NCBI GenBank assembly: GCA_002189035.1
Contig: CM007990.1
Location: 4,898,001-4,962,000, forward strand
Direction of reading: 5' to 3'
DNA length: 64,000 bases
DNA from: Utricularia gibba
Lineage: Eukaryota; Plantae; Magnoliophyta
In this document: positions 56,912 to 64,000 of the stretch, piece by piece
Numbering within the stretch: the first letter of the stretch is position 1
Layout of the letters: the number at the start of each line of letters is the position of its first letter
Program-made: the position numbers and the translations under genes
Notes under the pieces: generated by a model
Database searches by the model: none
What the model saw: the letters and a program-made list of their open reading frames with translations, nothing else
What the model was told of the DNA's origin: nothing

Positions 56912-58721
56912 ATGAGTATTTCAGATCAACGCCGCAAGAGGAAACGCATTGTGAAGCTCTCTGATTGGTCGCTGCTTGCGCATCTCTTTTCTGTGAGATC
57001 TCTGCTTTTGTGTTTCAGCTTCCTCTCTTTTCTTTGCTTTATATCGACCACAATCCCCTTGAGCTCGTCGGGCTTCCACCCGGTTCTGGTGGTGTCGAGT
57101 TTGTCTTTATTGTCTTCCTGGAGCTCCAGAACGGTCGAATCCGATCACGATTTTGGTGGGGTTTTTGTCCCTTTGGTTATAGAGAACCGGGTGGTCTTCC
57201 CGGACCATGTTTTGTTACTGGTGAGCGGCCGGCGTGAGGATCTGATACTGGAAAAGAGTCCCGGCGGTGGGTTGGAGTGTCTGTATTATGCCAAGACTGT
57301 GAATACAAGGGATAAGAGAAATGCTCATTTTACTGTACAAAAACCCTTTATGTTGATGAATACGATGAATTTGGGTCTGCTGTAAGATGCCCACTTCCTT
57401 CCGTGAATGATTCAGCTGTGGTTAAACTGCGGTGGGCTGGTCAGAAAACTGGAATCTCCACAGAAAATGGTAATGGGGCAGTTCATTCGTGGGATAACGT
57501 TGTGTATTCAGCAACACTTGATGGGAGCTCTGTTGTGGTGTTTGTAAAGGGCTTGAATTTGAGGCCTGATCGAGTGTCTGATCCAACTTCACTGACATGC
57601 CATTTCGAATGGGAGAACAGTGAAAGGAATGAGAAATACATGCTCTCTACAAAGGCTCTTACTGCTGCACAAGAGGTTGTGAGGTGTTCATTGCCAGAAA
57701 GCAGACATGGTAGCTATGAAGGGGTTCGTGTGTCTGTTGGAATTGAACACAGCTTCCACCACCCCCGATCTGAAAACCGTGTGGTTTTACCTTCGGTTGC
57801 AAGGATTTCTAGGCTTAAGAGGAGGAGGAGGAGAAATGAGAGAAGGTATGTGCTTTGTGTATGCACAATGGTGTGGAACCAAGCTTCTGCTATAAGGGAA
57901 TGGGTTATGTATCATGCTTGGCTTGGGTCGAGAGATGGTTTATCTATGATAACAACAGTGATGATGGGACTGATGAGGTGATCTCAGAACTGGATCTTGA
58001 AAACTACAATATCTCGAGGCATGTTTGGCCCTGGATCAAGACACAGGAAGCTGGTTTCTCTCATTGTGCCCTAAGAGCAAAGGATGAATGCCGGTGGATC
58101 TCATTCATGGACGTGGATGAATACTTCTTCTTTCCCCGTTCCTCTCCTTACACAGGCCGAAATTCCCTTCGAGCTTTATTCTCAAAGTTTTCATCATCAT
58201 CAAGGTCTATAGCAGAAATCAGAACAGCTTGCCACAGCTTTGGCCCATCAGGGCTTAGCTCCCTACCTGCAAGGGGTGTTACTGTTGGTTACACATGTAG
58301 ACTTTTGGGCCCCGAGAGGCACAAATCGATCGTTAGACCGGATGCACTGGATCCAACTCTGCTGAATGTGGTGCACCATTTCCACATAAAGAAGGGTTAC
58401 AGATACTTGAACTTGCCAGAGAACATTGCTTTGATCAACCACTATAAATATCAGGTGTGGCAAGTGTTCAGATCAAAGTTCCACCGGCGGGTTGCGACTT
58501 ATGTTGCTGATTGGCAAGAAAACCAAAACGAGGGCTCCAGGGATCGGGCACCTGGTCTCGGAACGGAGGCCATCGAGCCACTGGATTGGCCGTACAGGTT
58601 CTGTGAGGTATGGGACACCCGGCTGAGGGACTTCGTGTTGTCCAATCTGACTGATCATTCAACGGGTCTGCTGCCATGGGAGATGCAGTCTTTCCTCACG
58701 GGTCAAGTAGAGAAGCTTTGA
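56912..58721 (+). CDS. Glycosyltransferase family 92 / DUF23 protein (At1g27200-like), intronless, with two 1-nt frameshifts
   Basis: Type II TM N-terminus, ENRVVFPDHVLLLV, VDEYDEF..VRCPLP, LTAAQEVVRC, LCVCTMVWNQA..IREWVMYHAWLGVERWFIYDNNSDD, WPWIKTQEAGFSHCA, DxD-like MDVDEY and RHKSIVRPD. Confidence 0.93.
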
Positions 58722-59524
58722 AGTTGAGCAGCGCATGTGGAGGAGTACAGTATTCTTACTGTAAAGGAGGTCACACTAATTCATTCAAATCATTTCTCTG
58801 TTCCCTTGTCACATTTCTGTTTCGTGTGAGGATTCTCTGGATAGATGCCCAGGGAATTTGTAGCTCTAGAAACAGATTTCTTGATAGATAATAGCCTTAG
58901 CAAGAGTGTGACTATTTACGCATTTACTTGTAGCTTCTCTGCCACCCCAGGAGGAAGTCAAGCATTCATTTATGAGCTTGTTGCCATAGATTCATGAAAA
59001 TCTCTTGAGTGAATGGCCAGCTGATGAGCGACCAAGCGTTGATCGCACAAAATCTCACCGCGGTTCCCCAGCCGCTCTCCATCGTCTGCGTGAAGCTTAC
59101 TGCGCTTTTCAGCTTCTCCAACTCCTCACACCAAAATTGAATTGCATAAAGTACGAAACTCACCAACTGAGGCCCAGGTTTAACGGCGGAGACAGAACAG
59201 GAAGCTGGAGATTGCGTCTCATTGCCTGCCTACTTCAAGCCAGAGATTGCCGTCGAATCATGGATCATGGTTCAGAAACTCGGATATCTGAGAAAAATGG
59301 CGGAAACATAGCAACTCAGGTCAACCGAACGGAATCGCCATTTCTGCCGATCTCCAATCCGAGCTCGCCGTTTTGGGTCTTGAGCATACCCAATGACGTG
59401 CGAAATAATTAAAAAAAAAAAAAATAAAAATTTCACTCTCCCGAAAACAAAATCAATAAATATTCCGTGAGAAAATCCACGTCACACAGCTCATGGTGTT
59501 TCTAGCAAAACCGGAGTTGGAAGC

Positions 59525-62500
59525 CTACTGCGATCCCTCATTCCAGGGATCGTCTTCCGTTATCACCTCTGAAGGCTCGATGACCTGAGTTTCAGAATCA
59601 CTGGCGGAAGGATCTACGTCGTCGCCCTCGTCCTCCAATCTTCCCCACCGGCCGCCGAGGGCCATGGCCATCATTTCGTAAATCTTGTTGCCGAGCTCCG
59701 CTGGACTATCCGGCTGCGAAGAGTAGGAAATGGTCTTTTGAGTCTAAAGGACCTTTGGTCAAGAGATTCAGTCCATGAACAACTGTAACCTACCGTGAAT
59801 CCGCTGGAGATCAGAGCCGTATCATACAGAAGGTCCACTGCGCGTTTTGCATCCGAGCTTTCGGGTTCATTCTTGCACGCAGCCTGGAAGGGAGATGGGA
59901 AGGGGAAGACTGAAACCATTACGCTGCTTTCGAAGAAAATGGTATTGATTAACCACAGAAAGCATTCGGCATTGTACCATTAGATCCTTGACGATGGGAT
60001 GATCCGGATTGATCTCTAAAATTCTCCTCCCCCGCATGAACTCCAGACTTGAAGTGTCTCCGAGTGTCTGCGCTCGCATCAATCTGGCAAGGATAACAGG
60101 TAAAACATTCACATACATGTTGGAAGGGTGCATCAGCCCTGTGCCCGCGTTGTGTAGGTTACCTTTCCATGTTTGCGGACCATCCAAATTTTCCTGACAC
60201 CAGGACGCATGGTGATGAGCTAAGCCGTTTCGACACTTGCACCTTTGCAACCTTATCACCGAGCTGCTGCTTTATCCAGTCACACAAGAGGTTGAACTGT
60301 TGCTTGGTTTCCCTTTCACTAACTTCATCAACCTCACCTGTCATCATAAGGGCACAGGTACCAAGGATCAGAACAAGATCACCTCGACATAGAGAAAGAA
60401 GGAAGCTTTTTATGTGACAAGGTCAGAAGAAAGAGCATTGTGTTCAGTGCAGACCGAGCTCGAGATCCTCCTTGCTAATATCAACAAATTTCTTTTCTTT
60501 GTATGTTTGCAGGTTCTGGATGGCAACTTCGTCAATTGGCTCGACCAGGTAAAGCACCTGAAATCAAATGGAGATATTCTCAATACGAGAAGCTTCAAAT
60601 TCAAAGGGAAAGGATTGAAGCTGGTTGACGTAGATAACCTCAATGCCTTTCTGGACCAACTTTTCCAAGAAAGGTGCAGATTTAGCACTCTTCAAGCTGT
60701 CAGTCGCCAAGTAATAGATAGCCTTCTGGTTCTCAACCATGTTCTCAACGTAATCATCCAAGCTTATCAACTCTTCTTCACTCTTGGAAGAGAAAAATCT
60801 CAGCAGTGGTGTAATCTTCTTGTGGTTTCCAGTATCCTCGATGCAGCCCAACTTCAGAAACTTTCCAAAATTCTCCCAGAATTTTTTGTAGTCCTGCTAA
60901 ATCACATCCATGTTCAAGTGTTCTTCTTTGTAGCATCAGGGGGGGTTAGAAAATTTGGTCATCCCTACCTCTTTGTTCTCGCTTTCTGAAAGATCTTGAA
61001 TCATATCAAATGTCTTCCGTACCAGCCTCTTTCTCATTATCCTTACCTGGATCATTGGAATGAGTAAGATACAGTAGCGTGAAAGAAAGAAGTAAAAAAA
61101 TGTGAAATGGGAGGGACCGTACAATTCGGCTCTCCTGGAGGATCTCTCTTGAAACATTAAGGGGAAGATCATCAGAGTCCACCACTCCCTTTACAAAGCT
61201 CAAGTATCTTGGAAACTAGTAGCCAGCCATCATAAAAAACTTTCATTAAAATATGAAAGTGATATTTTTAGGAATCAAAATGACCTAAATACAGAAGTAG
61301 ACTTCCTACCAGTTCCCCATCGAAGTCATCAGAAATAAACACTCTCTTGACGTATAATCTGATATTTTTTGTCTTGGGATTGATAACCTCCTCATTATTG
61401 AGAGGTGCCATGCCAGGAATGTACAGTACACTCCTGAATTCGACCTCACCCTGCAAATAAGTTGTAATTACCAGTGCAGATGAAAGCAGGTAAGTAATGG
61501 AATACAGACTTGACAAAGCGTACCTCAGTAGTGAAATGAGTGTAAGCCACTGGATCGAGGAATTCATTGAAGGCCTTCTTGTAGAACTCCTGATACTGTT
61601 CCTTTTCAACTTCTTTGGGATTTCGCATCTGCGAAGGTGTAGCATAGGAGATGCATATTGAAAAAAAAAAAATCAAAGTTGCAAATTTTGAGTATCAAAG
61701 CAACATGCAAATATATAATCAGCTCACCCATATTGGCTTTGTTTCATTTGCCAGCTCCCAGTCCCAATACTTTTCAGTCTTGGTCTTCTTAGTCTTCTTC
61801 CTCTCTTCCTGGTAAGTGGAGAATAGACAAAAGCATTATCACCATGTCTTCCAAGATGCGCATCACTGAGAAAATTCTTTTTTGACAAGTGTTACCTCTG
61901 GCTTTTCTTTGTCTTCTCCTTCTTTGAGCTCTTCCTCTTCTTCTACCTGCAAGGTTTTTTTAAAAAATAAATCTTTCCAATACTGCAAGTGCTTACACAT
62001 AAACAATACAGCGATGAAGAGTTCCACGATAAGAAAATAGCCTGACAAAATGATGTAATGTAATCCAAAATATTCTGCAAACTACTTAATGAGATACAAA
62101 AATCTTCTGATTTCAAACCTCGATCGTTCTTGATTTCTCTTGCCATGTATAGATGGGAAATGAAACAAACTGTGAGTAGTTCTTCACTAAGCTTTGGATC
62201 TTCGCAGGCTCTGAGTATTCGTACTTATCATCTTCCTGGAAAAAAATTAAACTTAGTGAGCAAACGTACACTAGGAAAAGTGATGCCTACTATAAAGCAA
62301 ACATTAACAAAATACCTTCAGATAAAGTGTGATTTGAGTTCCACGACCAAAAAAATTGTCTGGATCAGTCTCTTCTCTGATTGAATATGAGCTACTGTCA
62401 GCTGCTGCCTCCCAGACATACTGTTTGTCAGACCTAGGACTTTTTGTGGCCACAACTACCTGATCAACAGAAAAAAAAAGCACAAAATAAGAACTGCAGT

Positions 62501-63669
62501 AATAACAATAGAATGAAAAAATCCCAATGAAAAACATTGAAGATCAGAATACCTTATCAGATACCAGAAAGGCAGAGTAAAAACCAACACCAAATTGGCC
62601 AATCAAGCTATTGTCTGCACCAAGGTCCTTGTTCTCCTGCATAAAATTAAAATTTCAAGCAATGAGAAATAGATTCTCCACAATGTAGAAGACACTGCAA
62701 GAAGTGGTAGTGCAGAATATACCTTTAATGCCTTGACAAATCTTGAGGTGCCACTCTGAGCAATAGTTCCGAGGCAATCAATGAGCTCCTCCTTTGTCAT
62801 TCCAATACCAGTATCACTGCGTGTGGAGAACAAAGAGTAAGAAACTATACAATTTTATTCATGTGGCAGATATTCAGAAGTACACATACATAATTTTAAT
62901 GGTTCCCTTCTCGGGATCAGGCTTGATACGAATCTCAAGCTCAGCACCATCTCCAAGCAGTGATGGCTCTGTCACACTCAGAAACCTCAACTTATCAAGA
63001 GCATCACTTGCGTTACTGCCAATTATAAATCAAAGAATAGTTTAGTATTGAAAAAGGTCCAATCTTGAGACCTAAAAAAATACACGTCCACCATCTTCCA
63101 TGGAATTCATTTGACAAAGACAGCTAAAAAAATAACAATCACGAAACAAAAACAGAAATGTAGGGTTACCTCACAAGCTCGCGGAGAAACACTTCTTTGT
63201 GGCTGTAGAGACTGTGGACTATCAAATCATCAGGCGACTCACCTAAAACGAACTTAGTCATAATCTCAAGTGCATTATACTAAACAAATGTCAACGAACT
63301 GGAAAGAAAATCTTGGAATAGAAATAAGTTTCTATTTCACATAAGAAGCGTACAAATGTATTGCCATGAAAATACCCAACAGCAAGAATGAAATCACACC
63401 TCAGCCTGGTACTCATACTGTTCTCCAGAGCTCTCAGGAGCCTCCTTTTCAGCCACAGCGGCAGCCTCACAACGCACCACCACTCCACGCTGCCTCTTCT
63501 GCTGCAGTGAACTCCTCAAAAGACAATTCTTGAATCCATTCCTAGGCAGCAAAGCGCTCCTCAACAAAACACTGTTACATATCCCTCTTGGATGCGAAGA
63601 AATCGCAGCAGGGTATGGAATTGCTGCCTGTGAAGCCGATACGAAACTTCTGCTCGCCACAGGAGCCAT
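59525..63669 (-). CDS. HSP90-5: Chloroplast HSP90 (HSP90-5/CR88)
   Basis: Transit peptide MAPVASRSF...[13 protein letters not shown]. Motifs [65 protein letters not shown] and [18 protein letters not shown]; ends [19 protein letters not shown]. Confidence 0.97.
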
Positions 63670-63808
63670 ATTTCCAACGCGGAGAAAACCCCAGATGGGA
63701 ATCGTTACCACTTATGTACACAAAAGCGGAAACTTATCCTGCTGGTGAAGGAGCTGCGCCTGTCAATAAACCCTGATGACGAGGGGTTTAACAAGAGCTA
63801 CTGGAGGC

Positions 63809-63816
63809 TTCTAGAA
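63809..63816. promoter_or_regulatory. Heat-shock-element core (TTCnnGAA) upstream of HSP90-5
   Basis: TTCTAGAA ~140 nt upstream of the HSP90-5 ATG. Only two clear pentamer units are present. Confidence 0.3.
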
Positions 63817-64000
63817 TAACGAAGTTGGCCGTGGAGAGGGCACTAGAAAAATGGATGGCAAAGAATGCTGCCATTTCAGCCATAGCAATATCCGTATCAT
63901 TTTCGACGCTTTTTTTTTCCAAATATTTCTCTAACAACCCAACAACTTTCTTTTTTTTTTTTTTCTCATTTTTGGTACGTAAAAAAAAAGAAATATCCAA

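Noticed and set aside
63788-64000. - strand ORF at the window edge
   Set aside because: No real start within the window, contains a poly-A-derived Lys run, and lies in the HSP90-5 upstream region; cannot be supported.

Overview
Gene-dense eudicot nuclear DNA with short introns (mostly 65-100 nt). About 20 protein-coding genes can be traced. In order: a small secreted or AGP-like gene, MATE transporter, small DUF761-like gene, DUF936, mitochondrial ALDH2B, spermidine synthase, NHL-repeat protein, RSS3-like bHLH-MYC_N protein, two tandem MLP423-like genes, plastid GNAT, SAM-domain protein, matrix metalloproteinase, small conserved protein, class I formin, ISE2 helicase, SIN3-like co-repressor, GT92/DUF23 and plastid HSP90-5. 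From recall, the order resembles the Arabidopsis chr1 paralogous blocks around At1g23790-At1g24190 and At1g70340-At1g70060. Mobile DNA comprises two copies of one Tourist-like MITE, a non-autonomous hAT element and a Ty1/copia 3' remnant. Key caveat: ten frameshifts (nine of them 1-nt deletions, mostly in homopolymers) break otherwise conserved genes (RSS3-like x4, formin x3, GT92 x2, ISE2 x1), including the essential ISE2. These are probably sequencing or assembly errors, so pseudogene calls here are unsafe. The most interesting items are: a GC-rich ~0.7-kb unexplained block co-duplicated with the MLP gene; asymmetric divergence and promoter replacement of the MLP duplicates; a fossil first coding exon of the SIN3-like gene; a probable GPI-anchored AG-peptide hidden by a frameshift; and an internal repeat expansion in the SAM protein. 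All calls come from manual reading and recalled family motifs; no database search was run.
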